Source: a virus (Duplodnaviria; Caudoviricetes). From it: DNA of 64,000 bases. Location: positions 2,467-66,466 of IMG/VR virus record IMGVR_UViG_2513237120_000001. One strand, given 5' to 3'. How positions within the stretch are numbered: position 1 is the stretch's first letter; each line of letters opens with the position of its first letter. This document shows positions 37,512-47,790 of this stretch, one piece after another. The position numbers and the translations under genes were made by a program. A model generated the notes under the pieces. The model did not search any database. It saw only the letters and a list, made by a program, of their open reading frames with translations, and had not been told where the DNA came from.

Positions 37512-37865
37512 ATGGCGATCGACTACGACACCGACCTGGGCCGGGTCCGGCTGCTGATCGCCGACACCGACGAGCCGAGCAACCTGCTGCTCACTGATGA
37601 GCAGATCACCACGTTCCTGTCCATGGAGGGCAGTGTCAAGCGGGCCGCGGCGCAGGCGCTGGACACGATCGCCTCGTCCGAGGTGCTGGTGTCGAAGAAG
37701 ATCCGCACCCTCGATCTTCAGACGGATGGTCCCGCGGTCGCTGCGGAGCTGCGGGCCCGCGCGAAAGAACTGCGGGACCAGGACGACGCGGACAACGACG
37801 ACCCATGGGCGATCGACGTGATCAACTTCGACCCGTGGGCCGCCTACCGGACCGAGGGAATCTAG
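37512..37865 (+). CDS. Head-to-tail adaptor
   Basis: GRVRLLIADTD...LLTDEQI...AAAQALDTIA. Confidence 0.7.
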   Translation: MAIDYDTDLGRVRLLIADTDEPSNLLLTDEQITTFLSMEGSVKRAAAQALDTIASSEVLVSKKIRTLDLQTDGPAVAAELRARAKELRDQDDADNDDPWAIDVINFDPWAAYRTEGI

Positions 37866-37868
37866 GCC

Positions 37869-38306
37869 ATGCCGCTCCCCAACACTCGGGTGTTCTCTCC
37901 CGGATGGGACGCCCACCATCGGCCGGTCGCTGAGGGCGGCCAGACGTCGCTGGGGATCATCCGCCGCCAAGACGCCGAGGGCGTCTTCGATCCAGACACG
38001 ATGCAGACGACCTGGCCGCCGCCGACCACGATCTATGGCGTCGACGAGCCAGCCCAGATGCGGATCGTCCGCGACGGCGTCGAAACCACCCGCCAGGTCG
38101 GGGAGCGGACGGTGGTGATCCGGTCCTACATCGTTGCGATCCCCGCCGGTGCACCCGAGATCCGCATCAACGACGAGGTCGTGCCCTCCACCGCTTCAGA
38201 CCCTCGCCTGCCGGACAAATCCTTGTGGGTGCATGACGTCCGGTACGGCTCCCAGGTGTGGGAGCGGGACCTGGTCTGCCAGAACACCCCACCCACCACG
38301 AGATAG
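37869..38306 (+). CDS. Head-closure/connector protein (DUF6093-like)
   Basis: Position; beta-rich RQVGERTVVIRSYIVAIP. Confidence 0.65.
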   Translation: MPLPNTRVFSPGWDAHHRPVAEGGQTSLGIIRRQDAEGVFDPDTMQTTWPPPTTIYGVDEPAQMRIVRDGVETTRQVGERTVVIRSYIVAIPAGAPEIRINDEVVPSTASDPRLPDKSLWVHDVRYGSQVWERDLVCQNTPPTTR

Positions 38307-38315
38307 GGGTGTGCT

Positions 38316-38684
38316 GTGGCTGAGTTCGAGTTCGAGACCGTCGAGATCCGCTCGCTCGAGCGGGACATCGAAGTCGCCACACCTACGGCGAGGAAGTTCG
38401 TCCGAGACACGGTCCGCAAGGGCATCTTCGAGATCGAAGCCCGCGGCAAGGTCAACTCCCCGTACCGGACCGGGAACCTCCGCAACTCGATCACCTCAGA
38501 TTTCATCGGCTCCAACCGCGATGTCGCCCAAGGCGAGACGGGCCCAGAGGCGGGCTACGGCTGGTTCGTCGAAGGCGGCACCGAGAGGATGGCGCCGCAG
38601 CCGTACATGGGGCCCGCGTTCGACGCCGTCGAACCGAGCATCATCGAAGCCCTGGAGAGTATCGACCCGTTCGAGGGCACCTGA
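38316..38684 (+). CDS. HK97 gp10-like neck protein
   Basis: SPYRTGNLRNSI...FVEGGTERMAPQPYMGPAFD. Confidence 0.85.
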   Translation: MAEFEFETVEIRSLERDIEVATPTARKFVRDTVRKGIFEIEARGKVNSPYRTGNLRNSITSDFIGSNRDVAQGETGPEAGYGWFVEGGTERMAPQPYMGPAFDAVEPSIIEALESIDPFEGT

Positions 38685-39121
38685 TGGACGCATCCCGGCC
38701 GTTCCAACTCGCCGTCAAGGCCATGGTCACCACGGCGCTCCCGTCCATCCAATACCACTACGGGGGCGTGAAGGTCACCGACGAAGAGCTGGTCTACCCG
38801 TATCTGGTGCAGTGGCCGACGCCCGCGACCGGACGGATCGTGAACCTTGCGGGGAATCTGATCCCGGTCATGAACTACGCGAAGTTCGTCGCCGTCGGAC
38901 TCTCCATCGATGAGGTCATGACCATGCTCGACCGGGTCGGGCAGGCACTCCGCGGGAAGAAGCCCGTCATCGAGGGCTGGCAGGCGGGGTTTCTCCGGGA
39001 GCTCCCGAACGAGCAGCCCATCAGCGAGAACACCGAGACCATGGTTGACGGCCAGCCCACCTACCGGGGCTGGGCCGACTACCAGATGAGCGCCGAACGC
39101 GCACGCGTCACTGGTTCTTGA
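38684..39121 (+). CDS. Tail terminator-like protein
   Basis: Position; YPYLVQW motif. Confidence 0.6.
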   Translation: MDASRPFQLAVKAMVTTALPSIQYHYGGVKVTDEELVYPYLVQWPTPATGRIVNLAGNLIPVMNYAKFVAVGLSIDEVMTMLDRVGQALRGKKPVIEGWQAGFLRELPNEQPISENTETMVDGQPTYRGWADYQMSAERARVTGS

Positions 39122-39314
39122 ACCCCTCGAGGATCCCACGGACCACCGCCGACAGTACGGCGATCGCAACACCGGTCCAGAACAGCGGGAACAGCCACCC
39201 CGGCATCTCCGCAGGGTAGGTGTCGTCCATCGCGTAGCTGATGGCCGCCGCAATGACGGTGACGACGGTGAACGCGATACCACCCCAGATGAGCAGTCTC
39301 CACATGCGATTCAT
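39108..39314 (-). CDS. 68-aa two-TM membrane protein, antisense in the tail operon
   Basis: MNRMWRLLIWGGIAFTVVTVIAAAISYA...WLFPLFWTGVAIAVLSAVVRGIL. Confidence 0.65.
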   Translation of the reverse strand: MNRMWRLLIWGGIAFTVVTVIAAAISYAMDDTYPAEMPGWLFPLFWTGVAIAVLSAVVRGILEGFKNQ

Positions 39315-39371
39315 CCGCTCACCGTAGCGGCCCTGTGGCGTGCCCACATCCACCAGTCGGGGGAGGCGTGC

Positions 39372-39563
39372 GTGTACGTCCGGCTCCGCTCCCTCACCAC
39401 AGGACACCAGTGGGACTCGTGTGAAACCGCCGCGGAGGCGTACCTCGCGTCCGGCGGTGTCGAGATCGTCCGTCCCCGGCCGCGCCGGGGCCGCATGAAG
39501 CCCCGGCGGGACCTCGCCGGCGGCAAACCCCGGCCACAACCAATGAAGGAGAGAACGCCATGA
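39372..39563 (+). CDS. Small basic protein preceding the major tail gene
   Basis: YVRLRSLTTGHQWD; ATGA coupling to the tail gene. Confidence 0.5.
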   Translation: MYVRLRSLTTGHQWDSCETAAEAYLASGGVEIVRPRPRRGRMKPRRDLAGGKPRPQPMKERTP

Positions 39564-40075
39564 GCGACCAAGTGCCGCTTTCGGTCTCGGCGGACGGCAA
39601 CCTCAAGGTGCTGTGGGTGCCCGCGATCGCCGACACCACCGCGCCCACCATCGACGAAGTCACCGCTCTCGAAGTGGTGGAGCTGTCGTGCTATCTCACC
39701 GCGGACGGGTGGACCCCGGCCACCGATGAGCAGGTCTCGAACGACGACCGGCTGTGCTCGAAGCAGACGTTCGAGAAGCGCGGACGCTACACCGACACCC
39801 TCAGTGTCACCTACGTCTACCAGGGCCAAGAGCTCACCGCCGAGGACAACAAAGCCCAAGCCACGATGCAGGAGGGCGAGGCCGGGTTCGTGGTCGCGAG
39901 GTGGGGCGCGGACTATGCCGTGCCGATGGCCGTCGCCGATGTCGTCGACGTCTACACCGTCGAGTGCGGCATCCCCGTCAAGCAGGCTCCCGAAGCGAAC
40001 GCGCGCCTGCGGATCATGCAGAAGCTGTTCGTCACCAACACCACCCAGCGCGACAAGGCGATCGTCGCCTCATAG
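39560..40075 (+). CDS. Major tail (tube) protein
   Basis: DGNLKVLWVPAIAD...LSCYLTADGW...RLCSKQ; position. Confidence 0.8.
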   Translation: MSDQVPLSVSADGNLKVLWVPAIADTTAPTIDEVTALEVVELSCYLTADGWTPATDEQVSNDDRLCSKQTFEKRGRYTDTLSVTYVYQGQELTAEDNKAQATMQEGEAGFVVARWGADYAVPMAVADVVDVYTVECGIPVKQAPEANARLRIMQKLFVTNTTQRDKAIVAS

Positions 40076-40158
40076 ACGGGGGCTCGCGCATCAACCTGGC
40101 CGGGGTGCGCGAGTCCCTCCACCATGTTCGGCCAGGATCTACGGCCAGGAGAAGGACG

Positions 40159-40767
40159 ATGACCACCAAGAAGAAGGTCAAGACCGCAGCGGAGAAGCTC
40201 GCCGCCGCCCGTCGCGCGCAGGACGCGTTCACGATCTACATGCCGGGGCCGCTGAAAGCCGAATGGAACCGCGTGTCGGAGGAGTTCGACCGGGAGAACC
40301 GGAAGGTCGCCACGGGGATGCTCAACGAAGGCGCGCTCAAGCAGAAGCTCGCCGCCCAGATGGCGAAGCTCGAAGACCAGATGCGCGAAGATGCCATCGA
40401 GGTCACCCTGGAGGCGCTCCGCCGCCAGCGGACCCCGTCCACACCGAAAGACGCCACGACGTGGAACGAGCTGGTCAAAGCCCATCCCCCCAGGAAGGGC
40501 AAGGACTCGAAGCCCCTCCCCGAGGATTCCCCTGGGGTGAACATGGAGACGTTCCCCGAGGCGCTCATCAAGGCCTCCGTCGTCGACCCCGAGTTCACCG
40601 ACGAGGAGTGGGAGCAGCTCCTCGGTGAGGTCATGAACGACGCCCAGTACGACCAGCTGTTCGCGATGTGCTGGCGGCTCAACAAGTCCGGGATCGACGT
40701 CCCTTTCTCGTCAGCCGCCTCGAGGACCCTGAACTCCGGCGGCGAGTCGAACAGGCAGAACGACTAG
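40159..40767 (+). CDS. Tail assembly chaperone (G)
   Basis: RBS AGGAGAAGG; position between tail tube and tape measure. Confidence 0.75.
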   Translation: MTTKKKVKTAAEKLAAARRAQDAFTIYMPGPLKAEWNRVSEEFDRENRKVATGMLNEGALKQKLAAQMAKLEDQMREDAIEVTLEALRRQRTPSTPKDATTWNELVKAHPPRKGKDSKPLPEDSPGVNMETFPEALIKASVVDPEFTDEEWEQLLGEVMNDAQYDQLFAMCWRLNKSGIDVPFSSAASRTLNSGGESNRQND

Positions 40768-41141
40768 GGGTCTCACTCAAACGGTTCGAGGGCTGGGAGC
40801 CGGAGACCGTCACCGAGTACCGCTACGACGAGCACGGGCGCCTCACCGAGTCGGTCACCCGCTCCGATCCGGAGTGGGACGAGGAGCAGCAGGCGATCAT
40901 GGTCGCCCTCGCGGTGTGGCGGGACAACCGCTGCAACCAGTGCGGTGGGGACCTCGAAGAGACCACGTCCGAGGAGAACGACGGCACCCCCGGTCACGGT
41001 GCCTATTTGCCGTTGCTGCCGATCCGCTGCCACCGGTGCACCGCCCTCGCCAAATCGGAGGCGCACTACCGGGATTTGAAGGCCGAGCATCCGCATGCGC
41101 TGATCCACCGAGTCGAGCTCCACCCGCCCCGCATCGCCTAA
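40701..41141 (+). CDS. Tail assembly chaperone frameshift extension (GT) via a -1 slip at C CCT TTC
   Basis: X XXY YYZ heptamer 40701-40707 in the G frame; the -1 frame is open to 41141. Confidence 0.75.
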   Translation, partial: PFLVSRLEDPELRRRVEQAERLGVSLKRFEGWEPETVTEYRYDEHGRLTESVTRSDPEWDEEQQAIMVALAVWRDNRCNQCGGDLEETTSEENDGTPGHGAYLPLLPIRCHRCTALAKSEAHYRDLKAEHPHALIHRVELHPPRIA

Positions 41142-41150
41142 CCGGAGGGG

Positions 41151-43952
41151 GTGGCCGTGTCCATCCGCTCCGTCTCGGTCAACGTCAAGGCGAACATTCG
41201 GCAGTACACGGCCGCGATGACGGACATGGCCCGGACGACCAGGTCGTTCCGGGAGGAGCTCGCCGCGACCGCCGCGAAAGGCCAGGGCGACTTGGATGCG
41301 GTCGCGAACGGGGCGATCGCGTTCGGTGCCGCGCTCGGCGGCGCTCTGGCGATCGGTGTGGCGCAGGCCGTCGAGTTCGATCATGCGATGGCGCAGGTCA
41401 ACGCCGTCAGTGGTGCGACGGCAGCCGAGTTCCAAGACCTTCGTCAAAGCGCGATCGACATGGGCGCCTCCACAGCGTTCTCTGCGACGGAGGCCGCGAA
41501 CGCCACCGAAGAATTGGCCAAGGCTGGCCTCTCAGCCGCGCAGATCACCGGCGGTGCGCTCGCTGGCGCCCTGAACCTCGCCGCGGCGGGCGGCGTCGGG
41601 CTCGCCGAAGCCGCCACGATCGCCGCGAACACGCTGAACCAGTTCAACCTCGAAGCCTCCCAGATGACCTCGGTGGCCGATACGCTCGCGGGTTCGGCGA
41701 ACGCCTCCTCCACGGACGTCACCGGGCTCGGCGAGTCGTTGAAAAACGTCGGCACCGTCGCCGCACAAGCAGGGTTCACCGTCGAAGAGACCGTCGGCAT
41801 CCTCTCCGCGTTCGGCGACAACGCCCTCGTCGGCGCCGAGGCCGGCACTGCCTTGCGGACGGTACTGCTGCGGCTCATGGCCCCCACCGGAGCCGCGAAA
41901 GAAGAGATGGACCGGCTCGGCATTTCCATTTTCGACGCCAACGGTGAGACGCTGTCGGCAGTAGAGATCGTCCAGCAGCTCGAGCATGGCCTCTCGGGGC
42001 TGTCGGTCGAGCAGCGTACCGCCGCACTGAACACGATTTTCGGTGCCGAGGCGATCGCGGGCGCGAACATCATCCTCGCCGAGGGCTCGGCTTCGATCAA
42101 CAACTACATCGGGAAAGTCTCCGAGCAGGGCGTCGCCGCGGACACTGCTGCGAAACGCATGGACTCCCTCAAGGGCGACGTCGACATGCTCACCTCCGCA
42201 CTGGAGGGCCTCGCGATCGAGTCGTCCGGTGGCGTCTCCTCCGCGCTCCGCGTCCTCGTCCAAGCCGGCACCGACCTGATCGACACGTTCAACTCCATTC
42301 CCGCGCCCGTCACCTCCACCGTTGCCGTGATCGGGATGCTCGTGGCCGGCGGCCTGCTCTTGTCCGGGATGGCGGTCCGCGCCCGCGACAAGCTCGCCGA
42401 AATGAATGCGCAGCTCACCGCCATGGGCCCCGCCGGGGCCAGGGCCGCGACCGTCCTTGGAAAGGTCACTCGGGCCGGCATCGTTGTCGGCACTACGTTC
42501 GCCGGGCTCCAGCTTGCCTCCGCCGCGCTGTCGGCCATGATGCAGAACAACCTGAACCCTCAGATCGACGCGTTCGCCGTCGGTATCGAACGGTGGGCAA
42601 CCGAGGGGAAAGCCGCTGGTGAGGTCGCCCGCATCATGGGTGACGACATGTCGATGCTCGGCGATTCACTGCTGTGGGCATCGGAGTCGGAGCAGGGCTC
42701 GATAGCAGGCGGCGTCGGCAAGTTCAAAGAGGCCGTGCTCCCGTTCCTGAAAGAGTTCGACGGGTCGGTCGCTAAGAGCACGGAGCGGATCCAGGCAATG
42801 GACTCCGCGCTGGCGACGCTGCACGGCGAGAACCCTGAGGCCGCGGCCGATGCGTTCTCCATGATCGCCGCCGAGGCCGAGAAGCAGGGCCTGTCGATGG
42901 AGCAGCTTCAGGCGATTTTTCCCGAATATCAAGCGGCCCTTGAGACCACGACAGCGAAAACCGAGGAAGCCACTGAGGCGGTCAACCCCTATGCTGACCA
43001 GCTGCAAATCCTCGCCGACCACTTCGATTTGACTGGGGAGTCCGCAGAGCAGGCCGTCGCGGACATGATCGCCGCCTGGACCGAGGGCGCGACCGCGTTC
43101 ATCGACATGCTGAGCGTCTATAACGAAGCGCTCGCCGAGCTCGATGAGGGCCAGAAAGTCACCGCCGAGAGCTTCATCCAGGGCCTTCGTGACCAGGTTG
43201 CGGCACAGCAGGAGTGGGCCGACAACATGACGTACCTGGCCGGTGAGGTTCCCGCTGCCATGCTCGACGAGCTCGCCCGGATGGGACCCGAGGGCGCCGA
43301 GATGGTTGCGCTCATGGCCTCCATGACCGACGCCGAACTCCAGGAAGTGGTGGAGCTGTGGGGGCAGCGCGGTGACGCCGCGGGCCAGGAGATCGTCGAC
43401 GGGATCCTGGAAGGCACCGAGGGGTCGATCCAGGGCGCCAACGATCTACAGAACGTGATCGATTCCCTGCACGGCACGACGATCACGATCACGACCCGGC
43501 AGGTGCAGCAGTTCATCTACCAGGAGCACGGGCTGGGCGCGTCGGAGCTGGTGAACCGGTGGGGCGGGGTGTACCACGCCCGGGAGGGCCTACTGCGGAA
43601 CGCACAAGTGTTCTCGGCGATGTCGCCTGCACGGTACGCGTTCGCGGAGCCCGGCACGGGCGGCGAAGCGTTCATCCCTAAGCGCGGCAAGCACGCGCGG
43701 TCGATGGCGATCCTCTCTGAGGCCGCGTCGTGGTACGGGGCTGAGGTGGTCCCGGCTGGGCAGCAGTGGCGCAGCGCCCGCCCGATCCCCATCTCCTCGT
43801 CGGCGAGCGGCGGATCCTCAGGTTCGCCGTACGAGGCCGCGAGGGTCGTGATCGATTTCGCGAACGCCGACGGCGAGTTCAACCGCTGGTTTAGGAAGCT
43901 CGTCCGCGTCGAGGGCGGCGGGTCCGTTGAGAAAGCGTTCGGGAGGGGCTGA
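41151..43952 (+). CDS. Tape measure protein
   Basis: FDHAMAQVNAV...FSATEAA...ELAKAG (TP901-type core); C-terminal YAFAEPGTGGEAFIP. Confidence 0.92.
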   Translation: MAVSIRSVSVNVKANIRQYTAAMTDMARTTRSFREELAATAAKGQGDLDAVANGAIAFGAALGGALAIGVAQAVEFDHAMAQVNAVSGATAAEFQDLRQSAIDMGASTAFSATEAANATEELAKAGLSAAQITGGALAGALNLAAAGGVGLAEAATIAANTLNQFNLEASQMTSVADTLAGSANASSTDVTGLGESLKNVGTVAAQAGFTVEETVGILSAFGDNALVGAEAGTALRTVLLRLMAPTGAAKEEMDRLGISIFDANGETLSAVEIVQQLEHGLSGLSVEQRTAALNTIFGAEAIAGANIILAEGSASINNYIGKVSEQGVAADTAAKRMDSLKGDVDMLTSALEGLAIESSGGVSSALRVLVQAGTDLIDTFNSIPAPVTSTVAVIGMLVAGGLLLSGMAVRARDKLAEMNAQLTAMGPAGARAATVLGKVTRAGIVVGTTFAGLQLASAALSAMMQNNLNPQIDAFAVGIERWATEGKAAGEVARIMGDDMSMLGDSLLWASESEQGSIAGGVGKFKEAVLPFLKEFDGSVAKSTERIQAMDSALATLHGENPEAAADAFSMIAAEAEKQGLSMEQLQAIFPEYQAALETTTAKTEEATEAVNPYADQLQILADHFDLTGESAEQAVADMIAAWTEGATAFIDMLSVYNEALAELDEGQKVTAESFIQGLRDQVAAQQEWADNMTYLAGEVPAAMLDELARMGPEGAEMVALMASMTDAELQEVVELWGQRGDAAGQEIVDGILEGTEGSIQGANDLQNVIDSLHGTTITITTRQVQQFIYQEHGLGASELVNRWGGVYHAREGLLRNAQVFSAMSPARYAFAEPGTGGEAFIPKRGKHARSMAILSEAASWYGAEVVPAGQQWRSARPIPISSSASGGSSGSPYEAARVVIDFANADGEFNRWFRKLVRVEGGGSVEKAFGRG

Positions 43953-46900
43953 TGGTCTTCCCCCAGGATGTGCTGGATTTGACGGTGGAGTTGGCGCTCG
44001 ACGCCGACCTCACCGCCGACCCCTCCACCTGGGTGTGGACGGACATCACCGATTTCGTCGAGCCGCGCATCAACATCACCGGGGTCGGCAAGTCCGATGA
44101 GCAGACGAAAGCGTCCTCAGCGAAAGCGACACTCTCAGTCGACAACACCGACGGCAGATTCGTCCGCCGGAACCCGCTCTCTCCGTACTACGGTCAGCTG
44201 CGGAAAGGCACCCCGATCAGGGTCACCGCCTCTGATGGCGTCATCGATCCCTCGGTCAGGTTCCGCGGGTTCATCGCGGAACTCCCACCCAACTGGGAGG
44301 GCGGGTACGGGGACCAGTGGGTCGAGATCACCGCCAGCGGGGTCCTCCGCAGACTGGACCAGATCGACATCACCGACTCCGCGCTGAAGCGGTTCGTGCT
44401 GGGCACCACGAAACTCCGCGCCTACTGGCCGCTGGAGGACAGCTCTGGTGCTACCTCCGGCGCCTCGGCTATACCGGGGCAAAACCCGACATGGGCGAAC
44501 GGGTCAACCGAGGACGTGTCGTGGGCGTCGGCCTCCGACCTGCCCGGGTCCGGGTCATTGCCGTCGCTCGGGGAGGGCGCGCAGATCGGCGCCCGCATCA
44601 ACGGCGGCACCGCCGCCGCATGGATCGTTGCCCTCGCCGCGAAGGGCGAGCTCGACTCCGACTCCTCCGATGGCGAATGGCTGTACGCGCGCATCGAATT
44701 GACGGGGACGGGCGTCTACTACGTCGTCATCGGCACCGACGACAGCGTCCGGGTCCGCATGATCGATTCGGACACGGGCGCGACGGTGACCGAGGTCGAC
44801 ACTGCGACGCTGCTGGGGACGCTCAACCTCATCGGCAACTGGCACACCGTCGCCGTCGCCGCAAGCGGCGGCACCGGCAACGTGACATTCTCGGTGTTCA
44901 TCGATGGGCGGCTCGGCGCCACCCTCGGCGTCACCGGGACCGGCCGAAGCGTCGGCCGCGTCGACCGGATCTACTACCCCCACATCTTCGACTCCGCAGA
45001 CATCCAGTCGATGCAGGTCGGGCACATCACCGTATGGACCAACGTCGGCCTCGTGCTCAGCACCGACGACATCTGGAGAGTCGCTTCCTATCACGACGCG
45101 GCCATGGGCTACGCCGGTGAGACCGCCGGCGACAGGATCCGGAGAGTCTGCGCCGAGGAAAGCATCCCCTGCGAGGTCATCGAAGGTGTCGTGGTGGGGA
45201 ATCTCCCCGCCTCCACAAAAATGGGCCCGCAGGAGCCCGCATCGATCGGGGCGCTCCTCGAAGCCGCCGCCAGCGCCGACGAGGGCCTCCTATATGAGGA
45301 CCCCGCTACTGGCGGGATCGCGTATCTCGCGAGATCAGCGCTGTACGAGCGGGCCGTCGACACCCCCGCGATGATCCTCGACATCGACGAAGGCGACATC
45401 ACCTCGGACTTCGAGGTGGAGGACGGGGACCAGTTCACGGTCACCGACATGACCGTCTCCCGCTCGGGCGGGTCGTCGTCCCGGTACACCGCGGTCCCCG
45501 AAGGGGAAGTCCCCTACCCCAGATCAATAACTTTGGATCTCGCCTCGGATGGGGCGACGTGGCATCACGCGTCCTGGGGCGTCCACATGGGCACCGTCGA
45601 CGAGTACCGGTACCCCGTCATCGAACTCGACCTCGGGTCCCGCCCTGAACTCATCCCCGCGTGGGTGGCGTGCGGCGTCGGATCCAGGATCACCATCGAC
45701 CATCCGCCGCCAGGGCATCCACCGGATGAGCTGGACCTGATCATCATCGGCTACAGCGAGATCCTCGACGGAGTGGACTGGAAAGTCCGCCTGAACTGTG
45801 CGCCGGCCCGGCCGTACCAGATGGGTCAGCTCCCCGGGACGCTGACCACCGTCTCAGAGGGTTTCGAGGATTCGACGTTGGCGTTCACCGTCACCGATGG
45901 CGGGAATGCGGCGTGGACCCGCACCCAGGATGATGCGCATCGGGGGTCGTGGTCGTGGCGGTCGGGTGTGATCGCGGACTCCGAGTCCTCGGACGCGATC
46001 GTCACTGTCCCAGCGGGATGCACCAGGGTCAAGTTCTGGTACAGGGTGAGCTGTGATGGCGGGTTCGACTTCTTCCGGGTGATCGTCGGCGGCGTCACGC
46101 GGCTCGAGGACTCCGGGGTGTCGGGCTGGATCCAATCCGGCTACATCGACGTCACCCCTGGTGGGACGGTCACGTTCCGGTACATCAAGAACTCCTCCAG
46201 GGCCCTGTTCGGCGACAGAGTCTATGTGGACGATATCCAGTTCGAGGGCGGCACCGGCACTATCGACAACGGCCGGTCCCGGCTGGACACGGCCGGATCC
46301 GAGCTCGCCTCCTCCGTCGACGCCGACGGCACCACCATGGTCGTAGCGACCACGCAGGGGCCGATCTGGGTGTCGGACCTGTCCGGGCTGGTCCTGCCAG
46401 GTACCGCCGGGTCCTACGCCTCCACCCCGCACACCGTGGCATCGGACATCACCGCCGCCGCCGGCTTCGACGCGGCCGGATCAGACCCTGCCGTCGCCCC
46501 CTCGGTCACCGCCACCGTCCCCGGGCTCCTGGTGTGCGCGTGGACCGGCTCGGTCACCGACGGCACCTACACCATCCCCGGTTCGATGACCCAGGTAGCG
46601 GAGCAGCAGGGCACGTTCTACGGGCCCTCCACGGTCGCCATCGAGGCTGTGACAGCCGGGGCGACCGGCACCCGGTCGGCCACCGCGGGCGGGGCGCACG
46701 ACTGGTCGGCCGCATCGGTCGTCCTCCCCGGCGCCACCGTGGAGGACACGGTCTGGGACACCGCGGTCAACGCCGGCATCTCGGTGGGCACGGCCGCGGC
46801 CGAGACCGGCTGGTGGGTGATCGCGGTGCACGCTGCGGGGTGGGACGGCCCCGATGCGATGGGCCCGCCCGACGGGTCCTGGGACCTCATCGCTGACTCG

Positions 46901-47788
46901 ACCGCGCAGGCCTCCTCGACACGGACCGCAGTGTGGGCCCGGCAGGTGACCACACCTGGGGTGCAGACGGTCACGGTCGACGCGGTAACGGCCAACATCG
47001 ACCACTTCCTCACCGTCTTGGTGGTGTCGGGTGTCGTGATCGACTCTGGCCTGGACATCACCGGAAACTTCACCCTCGAAGCCGACCTCGATGTCACCGA
47101 CTGGTCTTCTGGTGCGACGCAGGCGATCGTCTCCAAATACCTCGGGACCGGGAACAACCGGTCCTACGGGATGTGGATCTCCGGGGCCGGGGCGCTTCAG
47201 GCGGTGTGGTCGACGGACGGCACCAGCGCTGGCCGGTCCATCATCTCCTCGGCGACGCCGGTCCCGGCCCGCGCGGCGGGTGTGCGGGTCAGTCTCGACG
47301 TCGACTCCGGATCAGACCATACGGTCGTGTTCTCGTACCGGGAAAGCGACGCCGACGACTGGACCGTATTCGATACGCAGGTGATCGCCGGAGTCACCTC
47401 CGTGGATGCCGGGACGGCAGCGCTGGAGATCGGCGCCCACTCCGGCGGTACCGCGGACCCGCTCGCCGGGACCGTGCGGGCCGTCCGGGTTTACTCGGAC
47501 GGCACGTTGATCGCGGATGTCCGACCCAACGCGCAAGCCATCGGCGCGACGTCGTTCACCGATGAGGACGGGCGGGTGTGGACGGTGCACGGGTCCGCCG
47601 CGATCGCATCCCTGGAGACGATCGACCTCGCTATCGGCGGTGAGGTCGTCACCGCCACATCGATCTCCGGTGCTTCGTCCCCGCAGACGTTCACCGTGAC
47701 CAGGTCCGTCAACGGCATCGCCAAGAGCCATCCGTCCGGGACTGCGGTCGCGTTGGCGCACCCGATGATCCTCGCGATGGGAGATTGA
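43952..47788 (+). CDS. Large minor tail/receptor-binding protein with lectin-like (LamG) modules
   Basis: 1278 aa after tape measure; YWPLED, WHTVAV, FTLEADL...IVSKY motifs. Confidence 0.75.
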   Translation: MVFPQDVLDLTVELALDADLTADPSTWVWTDITDFVEPRINITGVGKSDEQTKASSAKATLSVDNTDGRFVRRNPLSPYYGQLRKGTPIRVTASDGVIDPSVRFRGFIAELPPNWEGGYGDQWVEITASGVLRRLDQIDITDSALKRFVLGTTKLRAYWPLEDSSGATSGASAIPGQNPTWANGSTEDVSWASASDLPGSGSLPSLGEGAQIGARINGGTAAAWIVALAAKGELDSDSSDGEWLYARIELTGTGVYYVVIGTDDSVRVRMIDSDTGATVTEVDTATLLGTLNLIGNWHTVAVAASGGTGNVTFSVFIDGRLGATLGVTGTGRSVGRVDRIYYPHIFDSADIQSMQVGHITVWTNVGLVLSTDDIWRVASYHDAAMGYAGETAGDRIRRVCAEESIPCEVIEGVVVGNLPASTKMGPQEPASIGALLEAAASADEGLLYEDPATGGIAYLARSALYERAVDTPAMILDIDEGDITSDFEVEDGDQFTVTDMTVSRSGGSSSRYTAVPEGEVPYPRSITLDLASDGATWHHASWGVHMGTVDEYRYPVIELDLGSRPELIPAWVACGVGSRITIDHPPPGHPPDELDLIIIGYSEILDGVDWKVRLNCAPARPYQMGQLPGTLTTVSEGFEDSTLAFTVTDGGNAAWTRTQDDAHRGSWSWRSGVIADSESSDAIVTVPAGCTRVKFWYRVSCDGGFDFFRVIVGGVTRLEDSGVSGWIQSGYIDVTPGGTVTFRYIKNSSRALFGDRVYVDDIQFEGGTGTIDNGRSRLDTAGSELASSVDADGTTMVVATTQGPIWVSDLSGLVLPGTAGSYASTPHTVASDITAAAGFDAAGSDPAVAPSVTATVPGLLVCAWTGSVTDGTYTIPGSMTQVAEQQGTFYGPSTVAIEAVTAGATGTRSATAGGAHDWSAASVVLPGATVEDTVWDTAVNAGISVGTAAAETGWWVIAVHAAGWDGPDAMGPPDGSWDLIADSTAQASSTRTAVWARQVTTPGVQTVTVDAVTANIDHFLTVLVVSGVVIDSGLDITGNFTLEADLDVTDWSSGATQAIVSKYLGTGNNRSYGMWISGAGALQAVWSTDGTSAGRSIISSATPVPARAAGVRVSLDVDSGSDHTVVFSYRESDADDWTVFDTQVIAGVTSVDAGTAALEIGAHSGGTADPLAGTVRAVRVYSDGTLIADVRPNAQAIGATSFTDEDGRVWTVHGSAAIASLETIDLAIGGEVVTATSISGASSPQTFTVTRSVNGIAKSHPSGTAVALAHPMILAMGD

Positions 47789-47790
47789 CC

